64,000 nucleotides of DNA from Macrostomum lignano (taxonomy: Eukaryota): contig NIVC01000738.1 of NCBI GenBank assembly GCA_002269645.1, positions 310,001 through 374,000 on the forward strand, in the 5' to 3' direction. The translations under genes and the position numbers were made by a program. Of the stretch, positions 44,706-57,846 are shown piece after piece. Each line of letters starts with the position of its first letter. The first letter of the stretch is position 1. The notes beneath the pieces are model-generated. The model was not told where the DNA came from and did no database searches. It saw only the letters and a list, made by a program, of their open reading frames with translations.

Positions 44706-45802
44706 GATGAGACGTTGAAGACGTTGATCGCCTCTCGAGAAGGCAGTTTTTTGACGAAAAGAAAATCAGGGCCGCTGTAACCCGTGTGTGAGTGCGTGCT
44801 CATGGATGACATGCTTAATCCCCTGCTCTGCAATCAGTCTCGGCAGTACCACAGATCCTTTCCAAACTAACATATCAACTAGCTTGTGCCTTGTCCGTCC
44901 ACAAATTTTGATTTCATGGAGTATTGCTAACTATCTTATTTATTTTGCATATTTTTCAGCCTTATACTGAATGTGTTTTTGCGACTGCCATCTGTACTAT
45001 TTGCATATCATGTTCTATCGCCAGCGTACGTAGTCTGCACGCTATACTCATTTAACGGCGGTTATGGAGGTACAGTGCGATAATACAGCGCACTCATTTT
45101 ATTTTTATCCTTTAGCCTACAGGAAGTAAGGCACAAAAATCTTGCTTTCGAGCTAGTTTTGCATACTTAATTATCCATTTTGCGTCCGCAAAATCTCTCC
45201 TCGTCTCTCTTCTCGCCCCACCCCACTGAGGCTACTGCCAAAATATACGAGTGTACATGACTGAGTGACCATCTCTATGCTAAGAGTAACTAACTGAGAT
45301 AGGGGATGTGCGAAATTATCGTGAAACAATTGCGAGTGTTTTATTTTTAACTTATGTTTTACACTTCGGCTGCTGTAATTGCTTTTGTTTTGGTCTCAGC
45401 ATGTCGTTGATGCTGGGCGCTTACAAGCAGCACATCTGAGCGCTATCTTTGCGTTTGTAGAGGAAATTTTTATCATTCCAAGAGCTCAAACTCTTCCGGA
45501 TGTTGCAATGGACAGTCGAGTAAGGTGAAGAAAAGAAATTAGCTTCCTGCGCCCTTGTCTGCGCACTGCTGTACGCATCTACAGCAAATTCTCGCAGAAA
45601 GCAGTAGCGAGACTCCATTGTGGCGGAAACTGCATGGCAACACAAACGAAACGCTTACTTTCTTTCGACCGTAATTTAAATGCTATGTGACTAGCAGCTC
45701 CTCAATCCTAGCAAGCTTCTGTATTGCCCCATACTCTAGTATAAGTAATGCTTTATCGAAATAGCACTTGAGCAGGCTAAGCTTCCTACGAGCTCAGACA
45801 CA

Positions 45803-46501
45803 ATGTCGGCCGCTCGGCTGTTCGACGATGACCTTCGACTGGCAGTGGACTTCTGCGCGCCGACGGATAGTCTGGACTCCTGCGTCACCGCAATGTACGA
45901 GCTCCTCACCAGCCAGGGTATTAGAAGCCTCGACGAACTAATGGAACGGAGGGTGGACATCAGGGAGTTCAGCGTCAGGCAGACCAACCCGTATCCGCAC
46001 GTCTGCCTGCGCATGCTGTTCATGCTGGCTCGGCTGGGGATCGGCCTGCGGGGTCGCGGCGCTGCAATTGAGGTCGTGGAGTTCTGCATGCGGCGCTTTG
46101 CTGATCTCTCCGGTGGAAAGAAGATCGAGCCGATGGAGAGACTGGAAGAGATTCTTGTGGAGGCAGAGCAAGCGGGCGTGTATGTGAGCGACGTTCAGCT
46201 GCGGCGACAGAACCTGGGGCGTGCGATCGACAGCGGACTGGGCCGGTCGACCTGGCTGCAGCAGACGCCGCGCCAGACGACCGTCGACAGACTTCACTCG
46301 ACACTCATCGACGGTCAGGAAGGCGACACGCTGGGCTTGAGAGCCTCAGTCGAAGATGGAGCCTGCGGATCCTCTGGCGAAGAAGAAACCTCAGCAAGTT
46401 CAGTGGCATCGGATTCTTCCTCAGCTGCCGATACTGATGTAGGCGATGGAACTGCTGCAGCCAGTGAATCCAGAGTGGAGAACGAGTCAACTGCTCTTTG
46501 A
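45803..46501 (+). CDS. Hypothetical intronless protein, 232 aa, paralog of 43830-44705
   Basis: GC-rich coding-like ORF with motifs colinear to the upstream ORF and an acidic Ser-rich tail. Confidence 0.7.
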   Translation: MSAARLFDDDLRLAVDFCAPTDSLDSCVTAMYELLTSQGIRSLDELMERRVDIREFSVRQTNPYPHVCLRMLFMLARLGIGLRGRGAAIEVVEFCMRRFADLSGGKKIEPMERLEEILVEAEQAGVYVSDVQLRRQNLGRAIDSGLGRSTWLQQTPRQTTVDRLHSTLIDGQEGDTLGLRASVEDGACGSSGEEETSASSVASDSSSAADTDVGDGTAAASESRVENESTAL

Positions 46502-46845
46502 GGGCCGGCTCTTGCACGCGTACTCTCGCTCGACTATGATAATCGGGCGCTGCTGTGAACTTCATCGTCAAAAAGCACTCGCTCATCTTGTTGTAGACAG
46601 TAATTACCGTTTCTCAGCTTGCATTGCAAGCATTGCACTTACTTTCATGAATTCTCTCTACTTTTAGCTCGTAATATTGGCATCTGATCGTTCGCGTGTT
46701 CGATTTATATTCGAAATTATTGGGGATTATTGGGGGTCTATTTTAGGCACAGGTCAGATAAAGAGTGTTTTCGTTCTACTGGAGTTGAAGTTCGTGAATA
46801 CTTTGCGATCCAACTTTCACGCTGGCCAACATAATAGAATCCCCT

Positions 46846-48238
46846 TCAGTGGAATCCCAGTCAGTGGAATCCCATTCAGTGGAATCCCATTCAGTGGAAT
46901 CCCATTCAGTAGAATCCCAGTCAGTAGAATCCCAGTCAGTAGAATCCCAGTCAGTAGAATCCCAGTCAGTAGAATCCCAGTCAGTAGAATCCCAGTCAGT
47001 AGAATCCCAGTCAGTAGAATCCCAGTCAGTAGAATCCCAGTCAGTAGAATCCCAATCAGTAGAATCCCATTCAGTAGAATCCCAGTCAGTAGAATCCCAA
47101 TCAGTAGAATCCCAGTCAGTGGAATCCCAGTCAGTGGAATCCCATTCAGTGGAATCCCATTCAGTGGAATCCCATTCAGTAGAATCCCAGTCAGTAGAAT
47201 CCCAGTCAGTAGAATCCCAGTCAGTAGAATCCCAGTCAGTAGAATCTCAGTCAGTAGAATCCCAGTCAGTAGAATCCCATTCAGTGGAATCCCAGTCAGT
47301 AGAATCCCAGTCAGTAGAATCCCAGTCAGTAGAATCCCAGTCAGTAGAATCCCAGTCAGTAGAATCCCAGTCAGTAGAATCCCAGTCAGTAGAATCCCAT
47401 TCAGTGGAATCCCATTCAGTGGAATCCCATTCAGTAGAATCCCAGTCAGTAGAATCCCAGTCAGTAGAATCCCAGTCAGTAGAATCCCAGTCAGTAGAAT
47501 CCCAGTCAGTAGAATCCCAGTCAGTAGAATCCCAGTCAGTAGAATCCCAGTCAGTAGAATCCCAGTCAGTAGAATCCCAGTCAGTAGAATCCCAGTCAGT
47601 AGAATCCCAGTCAGTAGAATCCCAGTCAGTAGAATCCCAGTCAGTAGAATCCCAGTCAGTAGAATCCCAGTCAGTAGAATCCCAGTCAGTGGAATCCCAG
47701 TCAGTGGAATCCCATTCAGTGGAATCCCATTCAGTGGAATCCCATTCAGTAGAATCCCAGTCAGTAGAATCCCAGTCAGTAGAATCCCAGTCAGTAGAAT
47801 CCCAGTCAGTAGAATCCCAGTCAGTAGAATCCCAGTCAGTAGAATCCCAGTCAGTAGAATCCCAGTCAGTAGAATCCCAGTCAGTGGAATCCCAGTCAGT
47901 GGAATCCCATTCAGTGGAATCCCATTCAGTGGAATCCCATTCAGTAGAATCCCAGTCAGTAGAATCCCAGTCAGTAGAATCCCAGTCAGTAGAATCCCAG
48001 TCAGTAGAATCCCAGTCAGTAGAATCCCAGTCAGTAGAATCCCAGTCAGTAGAATCCCAGTCAGTAGAATCCCATTCAGTGGAATCCCAGTCAGTAGAAT
48101 CCCAGTCAGTAGAATCCCAGTCAGTAGAATCCCAGTCAGTAGAATCCCAGTCAGTAGAATCCCAGTCAGTAGAATCCCAGTCAGTAGAATCCCAGTCAGT
48201 AGAATCCCAGTCAGTAGAATCCCAGTCAGTAGAATCCC
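46846..48238. repeat. 15-bp minisatellite, ~1.4 kb
   Basis: Unit agt(a/g)gaatccca(g/t)tc. Confidence 0.96.
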
Positions 48239-49925
48239 TATAAAATTATTCCTTGTATGAGAAATATGAGAAACCCAGAGTGTAGAGAGCGAAGCCGAGA
48301 GAGAGAAAGTTGTATTGTGTGTAGCGGATAAAGCCTCAATCTATTGTAGGCTCTGTGCGATCTATTTATATATTTAGCAGCGACCCTGCAGTTGAGACCG
48401 CGTACATTAAAAACAGAAAGCCAAGAATATTGGATGTACATCGGAAATGCACACCAGCACTAAAATCACTTATTATGCAAGCACTGCGCAGCAGGTGCCT
48501 ACACAGAGTAAACCCCAGTCACTGGAAAACGGGGCGTTCCTCTCGAAATAGCCATTTTGAGTAATTTTGAGTGAAGTGCACTTTTTATTGAAATCCTTAC
48601 AGCAAATTAAAATTCCACACAATTCAGTCAGGTTGGTTATTATGAAATTAGGTTGCAATATTTTCTCGACTAATACTCGAGCTACGCCTTCAGTAACTAG
48701 GGGATAGTACTCGGCAGAGTCTTCTCATTTCAGTGGTTTATTTTATATTTATTCCCATGCATAGCCCACAACGATCCTTTCCCAGCGCATCGCCGTGGCG
48801 CTAATCGATGAAATAAACATATTCTAAAAAAATTGTATATTACGGATGTGGTATTTCCAGCTTTTAGTTTTTATACATTGTTATATATTGAATTTTTATA
48901 TAGTGCAGTAGACAGCGGTATGTGTACTTAAGAGAGCTATTTATAGCCCATGTAACATCAATAATGCTTTTGTATTTTATCTCAAACAGCAAGACAATTT
49001 CGGGGATGCTTTCATAAGCGCGCGCAGGCAGTACGCAGTGGCAGAGGTGCGCGCAGGCAGAGGCGTCCACTTTTAACAGCGTCTGCCATAAGCGCGCATT
49101 GTCCACAAGACACAGCCTGACGTAATGACAAACTCAACTGGCCATTATTTCAGCTTCAGCAGGCGTTTGAACCATAGACGATTAGTTAACTATTCATTTA
49201 GTAACTGAAATAAGGGAATAATGTTCGCAAACAGTCTACAAGGCATTCTGGAATACATTGAGAAGAAAAAAGGATTGTCAATACATTTTAGCCACCAAAC
49301 AATGGATAAATAATCAGCGGTCCCAGTGCGTGACAACGATTGTCTGGCGAGCGACCGCTGATTCTTTGCATTGTTTTTCTGTTTGACGATCCTACAGACA
49401 ATGCATTGTTTGTAGTAATGGATTGTTCTGCATTAAAAATGTGAATAATGATCGTCAAATTGCTAAACAATGGAAAACGCGCACATTAGGTACAAAAACA
49501 ACACAGTAATCATAAACTGTTCATCAGAAGCTGCTCATTAAAACGAAACGTGCAATCCTTGAAGTGGCAGTTCTCGAAGATGCGAACTGCGCGTTCCGAA
49601 TCCATCCGACCTGCAGATTAATGGACATTGTAAAAAATTCAGTTTTCATATAGCCATTAGTATAGCCACTAATTTACTTACAATGTTGACATATTATGCT
49701 TACCATGCTTCACCCGCATCTCCTGTGTCACCTCCACTGAAGCATAGGTCGCACGGTTCGTTCAGTCGTCGACAGGAAGATTTTTCCAATTAATAAGCGG
49801 GGCTGTTTGACGATACGCACCAGCCATGGTTGTTTGACAAGACAAAAAGCTTTTAATCGTACTACCCGCTTTCCTGATTTCTTACAAGACTACGCTACGC
49901 TGAAATAATGGCCTCTATGTGTCTT

Positions 49926-51364
49926 CTCTAGAGTGATGAACCGCGTGCTTTCCGGTGAGGTGGCGCCAAACGAATGGACCACGGCGCACATCGTCGCCAT
50001 TCCAAAGAAGCCGGGCACCACCAAGCTCGAGGAGCATCGAGGCATCTGCCTACAGTCCTGCGCCGCGAAGCTGTTCAACCGCATGCTGCTATCGCGGCTA
50101 CAGCCTGTGCTGGACCCGTACCTGCGGCCTGAGCAGAACGGATTCCGGCCCCATCGCGGCACAGTGACGCAGATCCTGGCTCTTCGGCGAGTCATCGAGG
50201 AGGCGCGCATCCGCCAGTTGACCCTGATCCTGATCTTCGTCGATTTCAGGAAGGCCTTCGACTCGGTCGTGAGGGACGCGCTCCCAGAGGTGCTCCGTGC
50301 GTACAACGTGCCAGAGCTGCTGATTTCTGCTGTCATGGCGCTGTACATGTACCACGGCACGACGGCTGCTGTCTCAACACCGGACGGCCTATCGGATTTC
50401 TTCGAGACATCCTCCGGGGTGCTCCAGGGAGATACGCTAGCGCCGTTCCTATTTATTCTGGTGCTTGACTGGGTGCTACGGACTGCTCTGCCTTCCAACG
50501 ACGACGGCTTCCTGCTGCGGCGACGCGTGGGTCGACGCCAACCGGAGAGACGGCTCAGCGTGCTTGGCTACGCCGATGACCTCGCCCTGCTGTCCTCGAC
50601 CGTCGAGGGCGCCCAAAGACAGCTGGATAGGCTGGTTGCCGTTGCGGCGAGCGTCGGCCTGGTGGTCAACACGCAGAAGACCGTCGTGCTCTGCGTGCCG
50701 GACGACACCGAGGCTGCAATCTTCTGCCGAGGCGCTGACGGACAGGCGAGTGAGCTTCCAAGATGTCAGCAGTTCGTCTACCTCGGCGGTCTGGTTCCCG
50801 ACGTCCGCGAGGATCTGCGGCGTCGCCGAGGACTTGCCTGGGCTGCCTTTCGTTCTATAAGGTCAGTCCTGCAGTCCGAGGCCCTACCGGACCGCCAGAG
50901 GGCGGCGCTGTTCCAGGCGGTGATCGAGACCGTCCTGTTATACAACGCCGAGACCTGGACGCTGACAGACTCGCTCGAGGCTCAAGTCGACGCGGCGCAC
51001 GTTGGCCTGCTGCGCGCCGCCTTCAAGATCGGCAACGAGCGAGTCACCAACACGGCGCTCTATCATCGCGCCGGCCTGGCCCGTCCTAGCGATCTGCTGC
51101 GCCGTCGGCGACTCCAGCTGGCAGGCCACGTTATCCGCGCCGAGGCCTACTGTCCGGAGCCGGTGCAGGAGGTGCTGCTACTTACGTTGCAGGCACCCTA
51201 CCGGCGGGGACAGGCGAGGACTCGGCGCTACGTCGACTGTCTGCTGGCTGACGCCGGCGCCCCGGACTCTGCCGGCGGTGCGGCCTTTGTTCGCGTCCAA
51301 GCTTCGAAGCGCGCCATCTGACGCTGCTTTTGCGAACTGACAGCGTACTCTGTTGTTGTTGTTG
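49926..51364 (+). mobile_element. 5'-truncated RTE-clade LINE with an open reverse transcriptase ORF (49933-51321)
   Basis: QNGFRPHRGT, FVDFRKAFDSV, GVLQGDTLAPFLF, YADD and RRLQLAGHVIR. (TTG)n tail. 10-bp TSD TATGTGTCTT at 49916-49925 and 51365-51374. Confidence 0.93.
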
Positions 51365-52291
51365 TATGTGTCTTATAGACAATGGATAAATAATCAGCGG
51401 TCCCAGTGCGTGACAACGATTGGCGAGCGCCGGCAGGCGCGAGCCATAGACAAATCGTTGTCACGTGCTGCGACCGCTGATTCTTTGCTTTGTTTTTCTG
51501 TTTGACGATCCTAAAAACAATGCATTGTTTGCAGTCATGTATTGTTCTGCAATAATGATGCGAATAATGATCGTCAAATTGCTAAACAATGACGTTGCGT
51601 TGTAGGCAAGGGACTGAAATAATGGCTATAGACATTACTAGTGTACATGGTGCACTCGTGTTTGGCCATTATTTCAGTCCCTTACCTACTACGCAATCTA
51701 CCATTGTCTGTATGGTGCTACTAATGATAGATTGTGTATATGGTTTTGGAGGTAGACAATGATAAATTTTTCACGAGTGGCGAAGCCACGAGTGACTAAA
51801 ATTTATCATTGTCTATGACAAAACCATATACACAAACACATTGTCTCATGAATGTATTTTTAGAAGCCTAAAATAATGATTCCTAAGCGTGGAATAATGA
51901 GCGTACAGCATGACACAATGACAAGTGGAGAATGTCTATGTCCCTCAGCTACTGAACTTAAACTTTCAGCGACTGTGGTCGGCTTAAATACGCTCGTATT
52001 CATGCGCTATATTGACTACTGCGTATAAGCCGCACGTTGATTTTCATTAATTTATTTTGTGCTATGCGTTAGTGCTAATATCTAGCTATGTGCTTGACTT
52101 CAGCGCTCTTAATAATCCGCGGCTAAAAGAGAAAGAAAGAACAAGTCACGGCTGCAGGATACTGTAACTCGTAACTCACTTCAATCAAACATTGCGGACT
52201 TCTACTTTGATGTCGACGATCTAGAGGAGTCTATCAAGACTGGAATCATAGTCTGCAAAGCAGAATATATAGAAAGATGGAACTTCTAGAA

Positions 52292-52825
52292 CCTGTAGTT
52301 GAGGCACTCCCAGCCTGTAGTTGAGGCACTCCCAGTCCTGTAGTTGAGGCACTCCCAGCCTGTAGTTGAGGCACTCCCAGTCCTGTAGTTGAGGCATTCT
52401 CAGTCCTGTAGTTGAGGCACTCTCAGTCCTGTAGTTGAGGCACTCTCAGTCCCGTAGTTGAGGCACTCTCAGTCCCGTAGTTGAGGCACTCTCAGTCCCG
52501 TAGTTGAGGCACTCTCAGTCCCGTAGTTGAGGCACTCTCAGTCCCGTAGTTGAGGCACTCTCAGTCCTGTAGTTGAGGCACTCTCAGTCCCGTAGTTGAG
52601 GCACTCCCAGTCCTGTAGTTGAGGCACTCCCATCCTGTAGTTGAGGCACTCCCAGTCCTGTAGTTGAGGCACTCCCAGCCTGTAGTTGAGGCACTCCCAG
52701 CCTGTAGTTGAGGCACTCTCAGTCCCGTAGTTGAGGCACTCCCAGTCCTGTAGTTGAGGCACTCTCAGTTCTGTAGTTGAAGCACTCCCATTCCTGTAGT
52801 TGAGGCACTCCCAGTCCTGTAGTCA
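52292..52825. repeat. 22/23-bp minisatellite
   Basis: Unit cctgtagttgaggcactc(c/t)cag(t). Confidence 0.93.
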
Positions 52826-53159
52826 ACCACTTCCAATTCTGTTGTCTGCTCCTCCAGTCTCCGTAAGTAGGCGGCCCTCCATCAGCCCTTGCTTCACCAT
52901 CCAAAGCCAAAGCTTAACCAATACCAACAACTCCATCAGTTTTCTTATGCCTGATTTCCCGTCTCCAGCGAGCTCAAAGCAGACAAATGGCCGGCAGTAC
53001 CAGGACGAATTTGAAGGCGATGAACGTAGGTAGCTGGTGAGTAAGTATTTTGTATGTACCAAGTATTTGGAGGTTGATAGTCCGTAGGGCGGGGCGAAGA
53101 CCAATAGGCAGAAAACAAATATTAATTGAATGAGCACTGGTTACAACAAGGTCAGTGCT

Positions 53160-54085
53160 CTCTCACTCAAAATACACGGAGAACATGGCCTGCACCACTG
53201 TGTTGGAGTTGCGTATTAAGGGTGGGCGACTGGTTTTTTTTATGTACAAGGCTTCTAAGATCTTGAGCTTGTGATCAGATGGGCATTGATCGATGATTTT
53301 AAAACGTTCTTCAGGTGTACAATTAGAGCAGCTGTTACATTCCAAAAGGTGGGTTTGGATGGCCGACGGTTTGAGCCAGTGCTCCCTGGTTCTAGTGTGC
53401 AGGTATCTTTTGGTCTTCCCCACGTAGGAGACGCTCTGGTCAACAGAGCAGTTGAAACAATAGACAACACCTACACGCAGAGCACAGGGAACACGTGACT
53501 TTAACCAACCGACAAAACTGCCAACTTTGGAAGAGCGGAAAATAACACAAATTTGGCTGTTGAAAGAGTTGTGGAATAATTTGCAAATCCTGTTTTTGAA
53601 GGTGAGGGAAGGATGGCCAAAGAAAGGGAGAATGAGGGTTGGTTCACTGAGTTCAATGTGGTCAGGTTTGGAAACTTTTTGGTGATTCACTCTTTCAGAA
53701 ATGAATTTGTGGATGTTGTGGTGGATGAAGGCTGATGGGTAACCGTGTTGTTGGAGAATTTTGGTCAGGAACCTGATTTATTGGTCAAAGTTGATCCAGG
53801 AGTTGCAGACGGTGTAGGCTCTGTGAAGCAAGCATCTGATCAGACCAGATTTCCACTGTCTGAGACACACGGCATGAAAGTTGAGAGTGAGATTGGCGAA
53901 GGTTTTTTGCGGAAAACTTTGGTGGAAAGGTTCCCACCGCTGAGATCGATGCCAAGGTCCAGGAACGGAAGTTTATGGTCAGTAGCAATCTCATTGGAGA
54001 ACTTAATATTGTCGTGGGTGGAATTGATAGCCTGGAAGAAATGGTCAAGTTTGTTCTTGCTTTCATGCGATGAGTACTGACCCGG
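53160..54085 (-). mobile_element. Penelope-like retroelement 3' fragment (RT thumb plus GIY-YIG endonuclease), frameshifted
   Basis: LPFLDL, VFRK, KILQQHGYPSAFI, LPFFG, GVVYCFNC...YVGKTKRYLHTRTREH and LKILEALYI. Confidence 0.88.
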
Positions 54086-54471
54086 CTGTCTCTAGCTGGT
54101 CACTTTCTGAATTAATTTTCATTCAAGCCATCACAGCTCCTAGTCAAGAGAAAATTTATTTTCCCAATGCATATGTTTTCGTTTTTTTAAGCAGTGATAG
54201 CGTGGTTACGAATGCACAAGAGTTTTATTTATGACTTCGACTAAGTTTTTAATATTTTGCATAGATTTTTTATAAGTCTGCTCACTTTCAAGCGTCCCTA
54301 GCAACCACGCTTCTTCTTGGCATACCTAGTAGCCAGGTTACCCACTCGCATCCCTAGCAACATTGGGCAAAATTTTACATTACACTCGTCACCATTATTA
54401 TAATCTCTGCTATCGACCACTTGCACACTAGAATTCGTAATTATTGATTTTATTCTCCCTGATTCACAGTA

Positions 54472-55770
54472 GAACTACCAAGAGAGAGGGGAATATCCCC
54501 CCCTCCCCCAGAAAATGTTTTTGCTGCGCCGGAACGGAGCAACGCAGGCACACGAAATTCAAGAACACGGGCTGACTTTTTGTTGCGCACCTTCTCAAAC
54601 AAGGATCAAGTCGCCAGCCCTCCGGACCGTCGAGATATTTGACGATTCTGCCAGAAGGTCGGATTTTTCCCATAAGCGTCAGTGTATTCAGTACACCCCT
54701 GTGCGCCAATCAGCACTGCGCCTCAGTGCAGCCTTGCCAAGTCTCCAAATTTCATCAGCACGTCGAACACATGTGTCTGCATCAGCTCTGACTTCGTTGG
54801 TCACTGGCCTTCACCCAAGTGGAGCTTCTGGACCCTCAACAGGTGGCACCAGGTGACTATGGACACCCTGAGGCGGATTTCTCTAGTTTCGCCGATCAAG
54901 CCTCGACAGTGGGCAAGAATCAACCGCCGGACATCCTCAGCTAGTCAGTCAAGCATTCAGCCATCACCCCGACGCCGTCGGCACCTTCAACAGGTGGCAC
55001 CAGGAGAGTAAGGACACCTGAGCGTGATTTTTCATCATGCTCTTAACATTTCTGAAGCTCTCAAATTTTTAAGCACGGACATTGCTATAGTTAAGCTTGA
55101 ACTCATGTTGCTGTATATTTATATTATTATTACACATACTTTTATGCATACGAGCTACATACATATTTTATTCGACAAGCTGTTTAGTTTATTCAACTAT
55201 AATATTGAACCAAATTTTTAAGCAGAAAGGGTTATGCTTTAAAAAATGAAAAACCGATTGAATTTACTGGCTTCTTAAAAGCCGACGGCGTTGGGATGAT
55301 GACGGAATGCTTGAGAGACTAGCTGAGGATGTCCGGCGGTTGATTCTTGCCCACTGTCGAGGCTTGATCGGCGAAACTAGAGAAATCCGCCTCAGGGTGT
55401 CCATAGTCACCTGGTGCCACAGCTGTTGAGGGTCCAGAAGCTCCACTTGGGTGAAGGCCAGTGACCAACGAAGTCAGAGCTGATGCAGACACATGTGTTC
55501 GACGTGCTGATGAAATTTGGAGACTTGGCAAGGCTGCACTGAGGCGCAGTGCTGATTGGCGCACAGGGGTGTACTGAATACACTGACGCTTATGGGAAAA
55601 ATCCGACCTTCTGGCAGAATCGTCAAATATCTCGACGGTCCGGAGGGCTGGCGACTTGATCCTTGTTTGAGAAGGTGCGCAACAAAAAGTTAGCCTGTGT
55701 TCTTGAATTTCGTGTGCCTGCGTTGCTCCGTTCCGGCGCAGCAAAAAATCCCCCCCTCTCTTGGTAGTTC
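54472..55770. mobile_element. Fold-back-like element with ~500-bp inverted arms
   Basis: 54472-~54980 is the reverse complement of ~55281-55770, with an AT-rich spacer. No TSD was found. Confidence 0.75.
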
Positions 55771-56077
55771 GACGGGCGGAAAAATAGCTTGGCATTCCTG
55801 CTGTTAAATACTCGCTTGTTTAATGTAAAGCGTTCTGACTTTTATTCTCTGTTTCATGTGAATTTTTATTCACCTGGGGAAGGATGTAGACCGTACGCTA
55901 CACTGACTGCCTCACATTATTCATGACTTACCCTGTCGCCTAAACTTTTTTACCGATTCTCGACCAATCACGCATCGCTTCACCCCCAACCCCCAATATT
56001 GACTAGTAAATATATTGAGCAAACAAAGCCCACACAGAGGCCACCTTTTTCGGCACGCAAACCCAGACTTCAACCTA

Positions 56078-56831
56078 GAGTGGGAATAGAGAGGCTAATA
56101 GGAAGAGTGGGAATAGAGAGGCTAATAGGAAGAGTGGGAATAGAGGCTAATAGGAAGAGTGGGAACAGAGAGGCTAATTGGAAGAGTGGGAATAGAGGCT
56201 AATAGGAAGAGTGGGAACAGAGAGGCTAATTGGAAGAGTGGGAATAGAGAGGCTAATAGGAAGAGTGGGAACAGAGAGGCTAATTGGAAGAGTGGGAATA
56301 GAGGCTAATAGGAAGAGTGGGAATATAGAGGCTAATAGGAAGAGTGGGAATAGAGGCTAATAGGAAGAGTGGGAATAGAGAGGCTAGTAGGAAGAGTGGG
56401 AATAGAGAGGCTATAGGAAGAGTGGGAATATAGAGGCTAGTAGGAAGAGTGGGAACAGAGAGGCTATAGGAAGAGTGGGAATATAGAGGCTAGTAGGAAG
56501 AGTGGGAATAGAGAGGCTATAGGAAGAGTGGGAATAGAGAGGCTATAGGAAGAGTGGGAATAGAGAGGCTGATAGGAAGAGTGGGAATATAGAGGCTAGT
56601 AGGAAGAGTGGGAATAGAGAGGCTGATAGGAAGAGTGGGAATAGAGAGGCTGATAGGAAGAGTGGGAATATAGAGGCTAGTAGGAAGAGTGGGAATAGAG
56701 AGGCTGATAGGAAGAGTGGGAATAGAGAGGCTGATAGGAAGAGTGGGAATATAGAGGCTAGTAGGAAGAGTGGGAATAGAGAGGCTGATAGGAAGAGTGG
56801 GAATAGAGAGGCTAATAGGAAGAGTGGGAAT
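56078..56831. repeat. ~25-28 bp purine-rich minisatellite
   Basis: Unit gggaatagagaggctaataggaagagt. Confidence 0.92.
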
Positions 56832-57795
56832 GTGAAAAGCTGAAAAGAATGTTATGTGAAGAGAAGGAAGAAGGGGAAGAGAGCTTGCCCGATAATTTTA
56901 TTCGAAATTTCAATTTTCTGGATTGTATTATGAAAGGCCAAAGCATAAATTTAGTATTATTTGAACTTGATTAAAACTTAATTCTACGAGTTAGCATTAA
57001 CCTAATCAAGAGGCTGAGCAAAGCTAGTGGCTCCATTTTGTTTCACCGGCCCCGCGCGGAGCGAGCGGTGGCGGGGTGTGCGAGACTGCAACAATGAGTC
57101 AGCCCCACCACCCCCATACTTAGCGCGTCTTTTTCTTCTCCTTTCTCTTCATTCATGGTGCTCTCAATATATGGTTAGGGTTTAGAATTTAAGGTGAATG
57201 CATAATAATTTGCAAGGCTAAGTGAATTACAAGTCTCATATAAGTTGAACATCTTTCTTGACCAAGGAGAACCAGGAGTTTTCAGACAACTTCAGGCTGA
57301 CTACAGTTTAGATAGGAGAGTTTCTGTGTCGTATTTTACTAAATTTATTCCAGCTTCGGCTTGGCTAAACCGGTTTTTACAGACTTGGTCTCATTTTAAA
57401 GCTGAATAAGCTCACCTTATTTAAGCCCTCTGAGCGTGTCTTTGAGCTATGAGCCAGCGCTGACAGACGTTTTGAAACACCGATATTCGAGCGTTGTCGG
57501 ACAAGACAAATAAGCTTGTGATGTAGAAAATATTTTTATTCCTGGCACAGGCTACGGAGCTATTTCTTGTCAATAGTAGATTTTTAGCCATTTTTAATTA
57601 CGAAATCCACTGTGCTGACTTATCCCGAACAGGCGGGATTTCAGTGTCAGGATTCATGACAGAATCCCGTTCGAACGCTGAGGTGAAGAAATAAAAAAAA
57701 TTTGCTGCATCACGTTTAAAAGAGAAATAGGATAAAGGAGAGGCGAGGGAATAAAGGAGAAGAGAGGAGACGAGGGGAGAGGAAAGATGAAATAG

Positions 57796-57846
<51 letters not shown>

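Noticed and set aside
46677-48260. 464-527 aa ORFs (SVESQ/SRIPV repeats)
   Set aside because: These are by-products of a stop-free 15-bp minisatellite. They are open in two frames with no unique coding flanks.
55490-55560. CTGATGA as a possible Penelope-associated hammerhead ribozyme core
   Set aside because: No stem II followed by GAAA could be formed by eye; an Infernal search would settle it.
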